Under the pieces are notes generated by a model. That model was not told the origin of the DNA, searched no databases, and worked only from the letters and a program-made list of their open reading frames with translations. Below are positions 16,744 to 27,000 of a stretch of DNA of 64,000 bases, in pieces. Every line of letters starts with the position of its first letter. Position 1 is the stretch's first letter. The translations under genes were made by a program, and so were the position numbers. This DNA is from a virus, in UHGV virus genome UHGV-1351279; one strand, 5' to 3'.

Positions 16744-18951
16744 ATGGCAAGAGAAGGTAAAGTAATAGTAAAGATATTAAAAGATGTATGTTCTCCAATA
16801 CCTTATATGGGGCATTCACATGAAAGAAGTCTTGTACACCTATTAAATCCTTGCAGTGATGTAAATAGAAAGGAAGCTCAATGTGGAACAGTAACTTTTG
16901 ATTATTATCAAGAAGGAGATAATCTTGTATTCAAAACAAAACACAATCCAAATATTATAGGTTACAGAACAGATGTATCTATAACTGTTGTTTATTGGGA
17001 TACAAGAGTAAATGCTTATGTACATTCACAAGGAGATGGTAATGGAGGTGAATTTAATAAGCCTAATTTTTTTAAACAAGAAGGTGAGTACTTTGTTGGT
17101 AAAGTAAACAAGGAATGGTTTAGAAAACAAAATGGTTTTCAATATGAACCAATAGCAATTCATTATAACTATGTTGATTTAGATAATCATGAAGAGGAAA
17201 TATTAGACTGCTATTCTGAGCAAAAAAAACCTTCAGAATTTGTTCCTGAGGATATATTTGTAAAATGCAGTCCTCTTTTAAATATTACAAGACAAGACCT
17301 TGCAGCTGGATTCAATTATCATTTAGTACTTAGTATTAATGACACATATACAAATTTTAGAGCTGGAGAAGAAATAAAATACTATATCAAGTACTCTATA
17401 GATGATGTAGAGCAACCTGAAGAACTTGTGTATACACACACTACAGGAGGATTAGTGCCTAATAAAGAAAAAGACATTTTTGTTCCAGGACATGTAAAAA
17501 AGGTATATTTTAAGTTTAGAATTGAATATCCAAAAGGATATGATATAGGTCAGACAGAATGCTATACTGAAAGAACAGAGATAACACCAGTTGGTAAGCC
17601 TAAACCAAACCCTAATCCTGATGAAACTATTAAGTGTAGTCCTGATATTATAGTATACTATATGCATCAACCAACAGGGCATGCTTTCAATCTTACATTA
17701 GATGCAAGAGCTACTGTTCCAAAAGGTAGTGTTACTAAATTTTATCTAACTACAATTATAGATGGAGTTACAAGTTCTGAAGAATTGGTACATACAAATA
17801 CAGAGGGGGGTTATTTAATACCTATTGTAAAAAATATATTTGTAAATGAAGGTACTAAGAATGTTAAGTTTGTATTTAGAATACAATATTCACCAGATGT
17901 AAAAACAACAGGAGCGGATGGAGATAATTCTTGTAGTGCTACATATAATCAAGAGTTGGAAACACCAAAACTACCTGATGTAAATTGTGGTAACACTTTT
18001 GTAGGAGTTAATAGTAATAACAATGTAGTTACCATGAACTCTTATGTTATAATCAACAAAGCAGGTGTTTATAGTTTTGAACAAAAGCTCTATTGGAGTG
18101 ATGATAAAAATACTTGGACAGAAGAGACCACACCTGTTGTAGATGCTGGTAATAAAAGTACGTATACTTGGACATTAACTCCTCCATTGCATAAGTACTA
18201 TAAAGGAGAAAACAAAGTCATCAACAGTGAAGGCACTGTAGTTGGAACTTGTACTTATGTTGGAGAAAACATGAATTATTCTAATTTTGATTGTAGTGGT
18301 GCTAATGTTTTAGGAAGCCCTTTTTTAAAAGATTGGACTTATTATTCAGGATTATCTAATTATACAAGTGAATTAAGTGCAAATTATGAAGTAATACCAC
18401 ATTTATATTGGAGCTCTGACCAAAGTAATTGGATAAAAGATGAAAATTCAGACAATGCTTTTAATGGAGGTGATTATACTAATTACAGTTATCGAATTAA
18501 TACTGCATGGTATGATAGTAGAAGGTATTATAAAGCAGAAGTACAAATAAAAGATAAAAGAACAGGATTATTTTTACCAAATACATGTCCTGCATATTTT
18601 GAAAATGAGCCACAAGTACAAGATGAGACTATTTGTAATAATGTAATGATTATGGAAGAACCTAATACAGGAGGAGATTCAAACTATAAGGCTTCTTTAT
18701 ATGTTAATTTCCAACATCAAGGGGTAAACCCAAACACCTTTACTTTAAAAGTGTTTTATAGATATTATGATGAAGTTGACTTTAAACCTTTAAAAGAAAT
18801 AAATTTTAATTTTTCTACTTACAATCCTTCAGTACCTTATGAAGCACATATAGCATCTCCAAGAGATAAATATTATTTAAAGGCTGAATTATGGTCTACT
18901 GAAGGACACATGATGTGTAGTGCAGATGAGACATTAATAAGAAAAGAATAA
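16744..18951 (+). CDS. multidomain structural protein (735 aa) with an internal tandem duplication of a ~120-aa beta-rich module. It is a possible tail or receptor-binding component.
   Basis: Repeat 1 is ...EELVYTHTTGGLVPNKEKDIFVPGHVKKVYFKFRIEYP (about nt 17320-17600). Repeat 2 is ...EELVHTNTEGGYLIPIVKNIFVNEGTKNVKFVFRIQYSP (about nt 17690-17960). A second repeated motif LYWS(D/S)D..W is also present. Confidence 0.5.
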   Translation: MAREGKVIVKILKDVCSPIPYMGHSHERSLVHLLNPCSDVNRKEAQCGTVTFDYYQEGDNLVFKTKHNPNIIGYRTDVSITVVYWDTRVNAYVHSQGDGNGGEFNKPNFFKQEGEYFVGKVNKEWFRKQNGFQYEPIAIHYNYVDLDNHEEEILDCYSEQKKPSEFVPEDIFVKCSPLLNITRQDLAAGFNYHLVLSINDTYTNFRAGEEIKYYIKYSIDDVEQPEELVYTHTTGGLVPNKEKDIFVPGHVKKVYFKFRIEYPKGYDIGQTECYTERTEITPVGKPKPNPNPDETIKCSPDIIVYYMHQPTGHAFNLTLDARATVPKGSVTKFYLTTIIDGVTSSEELVHTNTEGGYLIPIVKNIFVNEGTKNVKFVFRIQYSPDVKTTGADGDNSCSATYNQELETPKLPDVNCGNTFVGVNSNNNVVTMNSYVIINKAGVYSFEQKLYWSDDKNTWTEETTPVVDAGNKSTYTWTLTPPLHKYYKGENKVINSEGTVVGTCTYVGENMNYSNFDCSGANVLGSPFLKDWTYYSGLSNYTSELSANYEVIPHLYWSSDQSNWIKDENSDNAFNGGDYTNYSYRINTAWYDSRRYYKAEVQIKDKRTGLFLPNTCPAYFENEPQVQDETICNNVMIMEEPNTGGDSNYKASLYVNFQHQGVNPNTFTLKVFYRYYDEVDFKPLKEINFNFSTYNPSVPYEAHIASPRDKYYLKAELWSTEGHMMCSADETLIRKE

Positions 18952-18957
18952 ACAATT

Positions 18958-19356
18958 ATGAACTTAATATCACAGTATATAGAGAAGTTTTTTTACAATT
19001 ATGGTTTCTTCATAGTAGGAGGAGCTATAGGAGCTATTATTCATAGAATGAGGGTTAAAATGTCTCCACTTAGGTTTATAAAGTTTTTATTTGTTGCTAT
19101 TGTATTAGCTCTTGCAGCAGGTATAATTTGCAGAGATATTTTTCACTTACCTGAAACTACTATATATGTGATATGTGGAGTTTTTGGGGCTTTTAGTGAA
19201 GAAATACTTGATGAGTTAGAAGAGTTTATAACATCTATGTCGGAGATGGCTAAAAAGAAATTAGGAGCAGAAGGAGTAAATGCAGAACCTAAGAAGGAAG
19301 AGCCAAAAGAATTACCTCAAATTAGTGAAGAAGAAACAGAAGTAGAAGGTAACTAA
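18958..19356 (+). CDS. holin-like membrane protein (132 aa, two or three TM helices and a highly acidic C-terminal tail)
   Basis: Hydrophobic segments and a charged tail read by eye. Confidence 0.35.
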   Translation: MNLISQYIEKFFYNYGFFIVGGAIGAIIHRMRVKMSPLRFIKFLFVAIVLALAAGIICRDIFHLPETTIYVICGVFGAFSEEILDELEEFITSMSEMAKKKLGAEGVNAEPKKEEPKELPQISEEETEVEGN

Positions 19357-19363
19357 GTTTCCA

Positions 19364-19371
19364 TTATTTTT
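19364..19371 (+). promoter_or_regulatory. TATCTTTG -7-like motif, followed by a small hairpin CAGGGTC-taagt-GACCCTG (19383-19402) before ATG 19408
   Basis: Seen in the sequence. Confidence 0.2.
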
Positions 19372-19407
19372 ATTATCTTTGCAGGGTCTAAGTGACCCTG
19401 TAGAGAT

Positions 19408-20112
19408 ATGAAAACAGAAATAATAGATTATTTCAAAGAAATAAAATTTGATGAAGCAAGTCATAGTTACACAGTAAAAGGTAAAAATTTAAAGCCTGTA
19501 AGCTATGTATTAAAGGACTTTCAAGAACCTTTTGATGAGAAAAAAATGGCTTTCTTAGTAGCTAAGAAAAAAGGTATATCAATAAAAGAAGTACTTGATG
19601 ATTGGCACAAGAAAAGAGATGATTCTTGTATTTTAGGTACTAATGTACACTTATTTGGTGAAAGGTTTGCTTTAGACAAAACTTTAAAACCTTCTAATGG
19701 TTATGAAGAAGCTATAGCAAAATATCATTTAAGTCTTCCAGAGTATATAAGACCTTTATGTTTAGAGTTACAAATGTACTCTAATGATTGGGGAATAGCT
19801 GGTACAGCTGACTTATTATTCTATAATACTAAAACAGATGAGATTCACCTGAGAGACTATAAAAGTAATGGTGACCTTTTCAAGAACTATAAAGGTAAGA
19901 AACTATTAGCTCCTTTTGATGATTTAGAGGATAGTCCTTTCAACAAATATCAATTACAACTTAGCTTATATCAAATTTTATTTGAACAAATAGGTTACAA
20001 AATAAAAGATAGAGCCTTAATATGGATTAAGTCAGATGGTACTTATGAAATATTTCCAACAAAAGATTATAGGGATAGATTAATTGAACATTTAAACAAA
20101 AATTACTTATGA
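19408..20112 (+). CDS. PD-(D/E)XK nuclease of the RecB/lambda-exonuclease/YqaJ type (234 aa)
   Basis: Motif I is E in LCLELQM. Motif II is GTADLLF. Motif III is IHLRDYKS. The QxxxY motif is QLSLY. There is no Cas4-type Cys cluster. Confidence 0.55.
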   Translation: MKTEIIDYFKEIKFDEASHSYTVKGKNLKPVSYVLKDFQEPFDEKKMAFLVAKKKGISIKEVLDDWHKKRDDSCILGTNVHLFGERFALDKTLKPSNGYEEAIAKYHLSLPEYIRPLCLELQMYSNDWGIAGTADLLFYNTKTDEIHLRDYKSNGDLFKNYKGKKLLAPFDDLEDSPFNKYQLQLSLYQILFEQIGYKIKDRALIWIKSDGTYEIFPTKDYRDRLIEHLNKNYL

Positions 20113-21695
20113 TTATAGACAAAAATTTAAGAGATATGATTCTCTTTATATATCATCACCTTCACAATCTTAGTAGTGGAAGTGGAGGAGGAGGTAATGT
20201 AACTACCTCACAATTAAATACAGCTTTAGCTGATAAAGTAGATAAAGGAGGTTATACAGGTACTGCACAAGACTTGAAAAACGCTATTGATACAGTTGAT
20301 AGTAAAACAATTCATTGGAATGATATTCAGAATAAACCTGAGTTAGATTTTATTCCAACATCGTGGAATAAGAAAAATGGAGGTACAATAATAGATACTT
20401 CTGGTGAAGATTGGTTAGAAATAAATGCAGAGGATTTCAGTAATGAAGGTGTGAGTTTTGGTAAATCTTCTTTAAGAACAACTGCTCATTATGAAGCAGT
20501 AGATAGGGATGATAATAATAAATCTACAAGAGTGGCTCCAGGTTTTATTTTATTTAATAGAGATGCTGCAATAAGAAAAGAAATAGGAAATACTATTGCT
20601 TTTGATGATTTTAATTTAAGTAATGAATATGTATATGTAAGAATTGCTGGTGTTAAAATAGGTGATAATAGTACAGGAAACAGATTATTATTAGATAATG
20701 GTGGAACTAAGTCTTTAACTGATTTTGCTACTTCTAATAGTTTAAGTGAAGTTAATGATAAAATATCTAATTTAAAGATTGGAGGGAGAAATCTTGCTTT
20801 AAATAGTAAGGTGAATGTTACAAATAATAGTTACGGTATTTTATCTTTTTTACTATCTGAGGAACCTAAAGTTGGAGAACAACTTACAATCACTTTAAAA
20901 GGGGTTTTAGGTGCTGGAAAAGAAAGTTTCGAATTATATAATAAGAGTGGGTCTCAAGAATTATGTATTTTACAAAATAAAGGAAATGGCATATATCAAT
21001 CTACTTTTAATTGGTTGTCAGACCCAGTTAACCCTAAATTATTAGTTATTTATGTTATTAATTCAAGTGTAGTGGTAAATAGTACTGTAGAATGGATTAA
21101 ACTTGAAAGAGGTAACACTGCTACAGATTGGACTCCTGCACCTGAAGATTATGACTTTATAAAACCTGGATTTTTAACATCTGAATTAAATACTTTCAAA
21201 AATAGAAAAACAGGCGGATATTATGTGAATGATGGTGTGAACGGCAGTGGTATTTTATTATCTTTTGAAGCAGGAGGTTCTACTTCATCATTAGAATTTT
21301 ATAAACCAAATTGGTATCCTGAAACAAGAATACAAGTACGAAACACTGTTGATGGAAATAGATTTAATGGTGATAATGGAGGTTTTAGAGAGTTAGCATG
21401 GCTTAGTGATATTGCAAGAGCTGGCGGAGATATTAGTGGAAACTGGACAGCTAATAAATTTTGGCAAAATGGATTTATATTTGTTAGAAATGCTTGTAAT
21501 ATAGAGTTGAACCAATTAGATAATATGGGTTCTATATTTTTCAGAAAAGTATTTGTTGGAGGAAATATAACTTTTACATGTGCTGGTAAAACAATTATTT
21601 ATACAAATGGTTCAGCTTTTAATGGAGGAGATGGCTCCACTGCTACAGTAAGTATATTTGAGAATAAATGTTACATAGATATTAAAAACGTATAA
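20109..21695 (+). CDS. tail fibre protein (528 aa)
   Basis: Gly-rich N-terminal segment SSGSGGGGNVT and the tail-fibre motif HWNDIQNKP (about nt 20313-20339) that is common in phage fibre proteins. Confidence 0.55.
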   Translation: MIIDKNLRDMILFIYHHLHNLSSGSGGGGNVTTSQLNTALADKVDKGGYTGTAQDLKNAIDTVDSKTIHWNDIQNKPELDFIPTSWNKKNGGTIIDTSGEDWLEINAEDFSNEGVSFGKSSLRTTAHYEAVDRDDNNKSTRVAPGFILFNRDAAIRKEIGNTIAFDDFNLSNEYVYVRIAGVKIGDNSTGNRLLLDNGGTKSLTDFATSNSLSEVNDKISNLKIGGRNLALNSKVNVTNNSYGILSFLLSEEPKVGEQLTITLKGVLGAGKESFELYNKSGSQELCILQNKGNGIYQSTFNWLSDPVNPKLLVIYVINSSVVVNSTVEWIKLERGNTATDWTPAPEDYDFIKPGFLTSELNTFKNRKTGGYYVNDGVNGSGILLSFEAGGSTSSLEFYKPNWYPETRIQVRNTVDGNRFNGDNGGFRELAWLSDIARAGGDISGNWTANKFWQNGFIFVRNACNIELNQLDNMGSIFFRKVFVGGNITFTCAGKTIIYTNGSAFNGGDGSTATVSIFENKCYIDIKNV

Positions 21696-21697
21696 TT

Positions 21698-21958
21698 ATG
21701 GTATTAGATAAATTAAAAAGACAAGACAAAATACTACACAGTAAATTAGGTAATCTGATTTATATTTTTACTTTTATATTCTTATTACCTTTTGTAAATA
21801 TAGTAACATCACTAATCACTTCATTAGTTATCCTACTATTCATAGGTTTAATGAAAGAACTATATGATAAATACTATAAGAGAACTTTTATAGATTGGTA
21901 TGATATAGTAGCAAGTATAACACCTTATCCAATAATATATTATATTAATAAGAAATGA
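21698..21958 (+). CDS. small membrane protein (86 aa, two TM helices). It could be a second holin-like or fibre-assembly protein.
   Basis: ORF track. Hydrophobic helices read by eye. Confidence 0.35.
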   Translation: MVLDKLKRQDKILHSKLGNLIYIFTFIFLLPFVNIVTSLITSLVILLFIGLMKELYDKYYKRTFIDWYDIVASITPYPIIYYINKK

Positions 21959-22656
21959 CAGTAGCTGAAATAATACAAAGAATACAATCATTATACTCTA
22001 AGGGAGTACACTCTGATGATACAAGGCTTTCTAACAGGCATATTTACAATAAAATAGTGTCTGTTAGAAGTAGGCTCATCTCTCAAGAGATAAAGAAAAA
22101 ACAAGGTGTTTCTGCATGGAACTACCAGACTATCTCTTGTATTGAGATGATACAAGTACCTTCTCATCAATGTAAGTGTGTACCTCCATTAGGTTGTGAT
22201 GTACTAAGGAGCAGGCATAAATTACCTGCTCCTTTAAGTGGTTTAAATGGACATGTGATAAGTTCTGTAACCTCTATTGATAGAATGGTGAAATTAGATG
22301 AGCTAAAGGTAAATGCAGTAACTTATCAAAAAGGAAATAAATATACCAAAACTAAGACAACTTTCTTTGTACAAGATGACTACATTTGGATATTTACTCC
22401 TTCTAAGATTAAGTATATTACAATGACTGCTTTATTCGAAGACCCTGTAAAAGTAAAAGAATTTGAGCAGTACTGTGATAATAAGGATTGTCAAGATTGT
22501 GGTTGTAGAGATTTCTTACAAGAAGAATTTAGTATAGATATGGATTTGATAGATATACTTATAGAAATGTCTTTAAAAGAATTGCAAGTATTTGGACAAT
22601 CTATTGAGGATAAAACAAATAATACAAGTGATTCACCTCAACAACAAAGTAAATAA
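21955..22656 (+). CDS. Cys-rich hypothetical protein (233 aa; CKCVPPLGCD, CDNKDCQDCGCRD)
   Basis: ORF track. Confidence 0.45.
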   Translation: MTVAEIIQRIQSLYSKGVHSDDTRLSNRHIYNKIVSVRSRLISQEIKKKQGVSAWNYQTISCIEMIQVPSHQCKCVPPLGCDVLRSRHKLPAPLSGLNGHVISSVTSIDRMVKLDELKVNAVTYQKGNKYTKTKTTFFVQDDYIWIFTPSKIKYITMTALFEDPVKVKEFEQYCDNKDCQDCGCRDFLQEEFSIDMDLIDILIEMSLKELQVFGQSIEDKTNNTSDSPQQQSK

Positions 22657-23168
22657 TGGGAAGAAAAAGAATTAGAGAAATTAAGACATATACTATAATT
22701 ACAAGTTATTCTCATTACTCTAAGAAAATAAAAGAAACCCCTTTTGCTAAACAAGTATTCAATAAAAGGGTTTATACTGATGTAATGAAGGATTTCTTAG
22801 TTTATTTAGGAAATACACTTATAGAAACAGGTAAAGTGGTATTACCTAAAAAAATGGGTAATATAGAAATAGAAGGATTTCCTCAAAAAATAACTTATGA
22901 TGAGGAAGGACACTTAAAAGGGTTAGCTATAGATTGGAAAGCCACAAAAGAGCTTTGGAATGAAGATGAAAAAGCTAAGGAAAATAAACAATGTGTGTAT
23001 CATCTCAATGAAAACACTAATGGTATAAAGTATAAAATAAAATGGTTTAAGACTAAGATTTTTGCTTTAAACAAAGCTAATTATAACTTTGTTATGAATA
23101 GGTCTATAAAAAGGAGAGTAGCTGCTGCTATAAAAAGTGGTAAAGAGTATAAAATAACATATAGATAA
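22656..23168 (+). CDS. hypothetical protein (170 aa)
   Basis: ORF track. TAATG overlap. Confidence 0.45.
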   Translation: MGRKRIREIKTYTIITSYSHYSKKIKETPFAKQVFNKRVYTDVMKDFLVYLGNTLIETGKVVLPKKMGNIEIEGFPQKITYDEEGHLKGLAIDWKATKELWNEDEKAKENKQCVYHLNENTNGIKYKIKWFKTKIFALNKANYNFVMNRSIKRRVAAAIKSGKEYKITYR

Positions 23169-23170
23169 TT

Positions 23171-24079
23171 ATGGCAAGAAATTATAAGTACATAAGTTTA
23201 GATAGAATACTCTCTAAAGTATATAGAGATATTGGTATGGAAGAAGTTTCTGAGACAGATGTTATAGAATGGTCTGGAGAAGCTTTAGAATTTATGAGTG
23301 TAGTAAGTATCTATGAAGAAGCTATTGCTCAAGTAGAGATTAATAATCATCAAGGAGATTTACCTTATTGTCTTCAAGTTATAAGACAAGTAGCTCGTGA
23401 TAATTATTATGAGAAAAAAGATGCTTGTAAAGAAGAGAAAAAAGAAGATAAAAAAATAGAACCACAACCTAATGTTGGTTGTACAGAGTGTGGAGAAAGA
23501 ATTATTAAAGAAGTACAGCCTGACAGCTATTTTAATGCAAACCACTTTATGTTTCTAACCACTGATTATTATAAAGAGCATTATACACCTGTCAGGCTTT
23601 CTAACCACACTTTTTTTAACTCTCTTGTATGTGTAGAAGATGTAGACATCTATAAGTCTTGTATTGATGAATACACTATAGTAGAGGATAAAATTAGAAC
23701 TTCTTTTGAAGAAGGGCTGGTCCTAATATCTTATTACAGACAAAAAATAGACCCTGATACAGGTTATCCTATGATACCTGATACTATATCTCTTATTAGT
23801 GCTATTACTTACTATATTACATGGAAATACTTTCAGAGACTATGGTATATGGGTAGAGAAGGTATGAGTGATAAAATGCAACAAGCTGAAGAGAGATGGC
23901 TTAAATATTGTAAGCAAGCTACTTCAGAGTTTAAGATATTATCAGGTATAGATGAGCATCAGAACTTTATGGAAAGTAGGTTTAATAATCTTATACCTAA
24001 TAGGAGACAATATTATGGTTATTTTGGTAACCTAAGTAGATTACAAAGACTAAATTTTAGAAACAATGGATTTAATTAA
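23171..24079 (+). CDS. hypothetical protein (302 aa)
   Basis: ORF track. Confidence 0.45.
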   Translation: MARNYKYISLDRILSKVYRDIGMEEVSETDVIEWSGEALEFMSVVSIYEEAIAQVEINNHQGDLPYCLQVIRQVARDNYYEKKDACKEEKKEDKKIEPQPNVGCTECGERIIKEVQPDSYFNANHFMFLTTDYYKEHYTPVRLSNHTFFNSLVCVEDVDIYKSCIDEYTIVEDKIRTSFEEGLVLISYYRQKIDPDTGYPMIPDTISLISAITYYITWKYFQRLWYMGREGMSDKMQQAEERWLKYCKQATSEFKILSGIDEHQNFMESRFNNLIPNRRQYYGYFGNLSRLQRLNFRNNGFN

Positions 24080-27000
24080 TAATAGTATAGAACAACCATC
24101 AAAAGGTTTATATACAGATGTAGCACCTGTAAACCAGCCACCTGGTACTTACAGGTTTGCTCTTAATGCTGTGAATGAAAGTGATGAAGGAGATTTTGGT
24201 ACTTTAACTAATGAGGTTAGTAACTATAACACAAGTAATCTACCTGAAGGGTTTACTTGTATAGGTTCTGTAAATATCACAGACAATACTATAGTTTTAT
24301 TTCTTGTAAATAAAGAAACTAAAGTTAGTGAAATAGGTCTATTCAATAAAGATAGAGAGGTATATGAGACTTGGTGTAATGATAGTGGTACTACAGAAGC
24401 TAAAAATAAACTTAACTTTCAAATAAATAAACCTATACAAGCTACCTTTAGAATAAGAAGGGGTTGTGAGAGAGTTATTTATTTTGTAGATGGTTATAAT
24501 GTTCCAAGGTCTGTAAATTTAGATGAGCAATCTTTTTATTATGATAATGGTGTCTTACTTGCAAGTAAAATGGATATTAATAGAAAGATTTACTCTGTAC
24601 CTAAGATAAAAAATATAAAGATAAAAGATACTGATGGTAGTCTAAAATCAGGTAGTGTAAAAATCTGTGTAAAATATGTAGATAAAAATAAAAATGAAAC
24701 AGAGGTTGTTTCAGAAACAGAACCAATAATAATATATGAAGATAGCTTAAAAAACACTTTTGAAGAGATAGATGGGAACTTAAATCTTCCTGATAGTAAA
24801 GCTTATAGTTCCAATGGTAGTACAAAAAGTATATCTTTTAAGATAGAGGGATTAGATAAAAACTTTGAGTATTACAAATTGGTATTTATTCATTTTGAGA
24901 ACAATACAGGGTTTGCTTCTGCTGTATATGAAACACAAAATATATCTACTGAGATTGATACTTATACCTATGGAGGTAATGGTGTGTTTAAAAGTACCTT
25001 AGAAGAACTTGAACTAAAAAATAAAAACCAATACATAGGCTCTGCAAAGACCATCACACAAAAGGATAATAGGCTTATTTTAGGAAATATAAAAGGTATG
25101 ACTGAGAATTGGTCAGTACTTCAAAAATATGCTTCTAAAATAGGTGTAGATTGTGTTACAAAAAAAGTAGAGCTAAACACTCTTAGTGATACTAATAATC
25201 CAAAAAATCCACTAATAAATATTCATGGTATGGAATTTATGCCAGGAGAAGTATATTCTCTTGGTATAGTTTGGATTTATGAAGGTAATATAGAAAGTCC
25301 TGCTTTCCATATTCCTGGTACAACAAGAGAAAATACTATATGTCAAGAACTTACAGAGGAAGAAAAGAAGATATATACTATTCTTCCTATGAGTGATGAC
25401 AATGAATCAGAGAATTTAAGATATACTCAAGCTTCAAAATGTGATAATGATTTTGATTATTGGGGTGTAGATTTCTTTGGAAGAAAACTAAAAGATAAAA
25501 AGGTAAGATTTCATAGATTACCTAAGAGAATAGATTGTTTATATACAAAAGCTCAAGAGAATAGTTCTACTTCTTTTCCTTTATTGGATACTCTTACATT
25601 TAATATTTATAGTGCTGGTAAAGATAGTAAATATTGTGAAGCAAATCCAAGTGATGTACATTGTACTACTGATAAAAGAGCTAAAGAGTATTACTATAAA
25701 GTTACCTTAAATGATGGAACAGTAAAAGAATTAACTCATAGTGACGACGATGGAGTTAAGAATTTTTCTATTGAAAGAACATTAAGAACTGAATCTGATA
25801 AATTATCAGTTATATTAGATGGTATACCAAGTTCAGATGCAGAAAAATATACAAACAGCATATTTGTAACAAAGGTTGAAAAGAAGTATTTAAGAGCTTC
25901 TTATACTATAAATAATGGTATATACTCTGTAACATACAATATTGATAATTTAGAGACAGAAGATGTTATAATAGAGGTTGATGAAAAATACTATGAAAAT
26001 GAAGAATATGAAGAAGAGGAAGAATATGAAGAAGATGATGGTAGTGGAAATAAAGTAAAAAAGAGAAGAAAAGTAAAGAAAACAAGACAAGTAGAGAAGA
26101 CAAGAAAAGTAAATAAGAATTTTGGTAAAAGGATAAAGCATAATACTTATCCTAATACAACTATAATTACTACATCTATATCTCATACTCAAACAAGAGT
26201 TGATTTTTCAGAGTATTATGTCTATGATTTATATACTCTTAATGCTGGTTACAGAAATATAACCTCTGTATATAGAGGTGATTTTTGGTACTATGATGAT
26301 AACATAAGTTTTGGCATAACAACCACAATGGAGAAAAGCTCTGTAGAGACAAAAAGACTTGTAACTTCTACTATATATGGATTAAAGTTCTCTAATATAG
26401 AAATGCCTGATTTAGGTAATCTTAAATGTATAGGGTATAAAATAGTAAAGCAAGAGAGAAAAGAAGAAGATAAAACTGTTATAGATAAAGGCTATTTACT
26501 GCCTTTATTGAAAGCTGAAGGTTATCATTGCTTATCTATAATAAATGGAAATTTCAAGACTGAACAAGCTCAAAAACCAGATGGATTTTCTGAAAAATTT
26601 GTTGCTTTATTTACTCCGAGATACAAGTTCCAAAATGATACTTTAGAAAGATTTTCTTCTATAATAAATGAGGGAGGTGTTATACCTGAAGCTAATGCTG
26701 AATCAGGATTTTATATTCAGAATGTAAATGATTATAGGACAAAAGATGAAAAAAAAGAGAGTAATTATACATCACAAACAGATGGTTCTGACTTAAAAGT
26801 AGTAATTAGAAGTACTGAATTAAAATGTAGTAATAGTGTATCCAATTCTGAAATAAGAAAAGAAGATTTAGATTTTTACAATTTACAATCATGTGAATAT
26901 AATGTTACTGAGAATGGAGAAACTCTAATGAATCTTGATATGCTAAACTCTCAACTAATACTTTATAATAAAAAAGGTAACTTTGATACTTCAATGTTTG

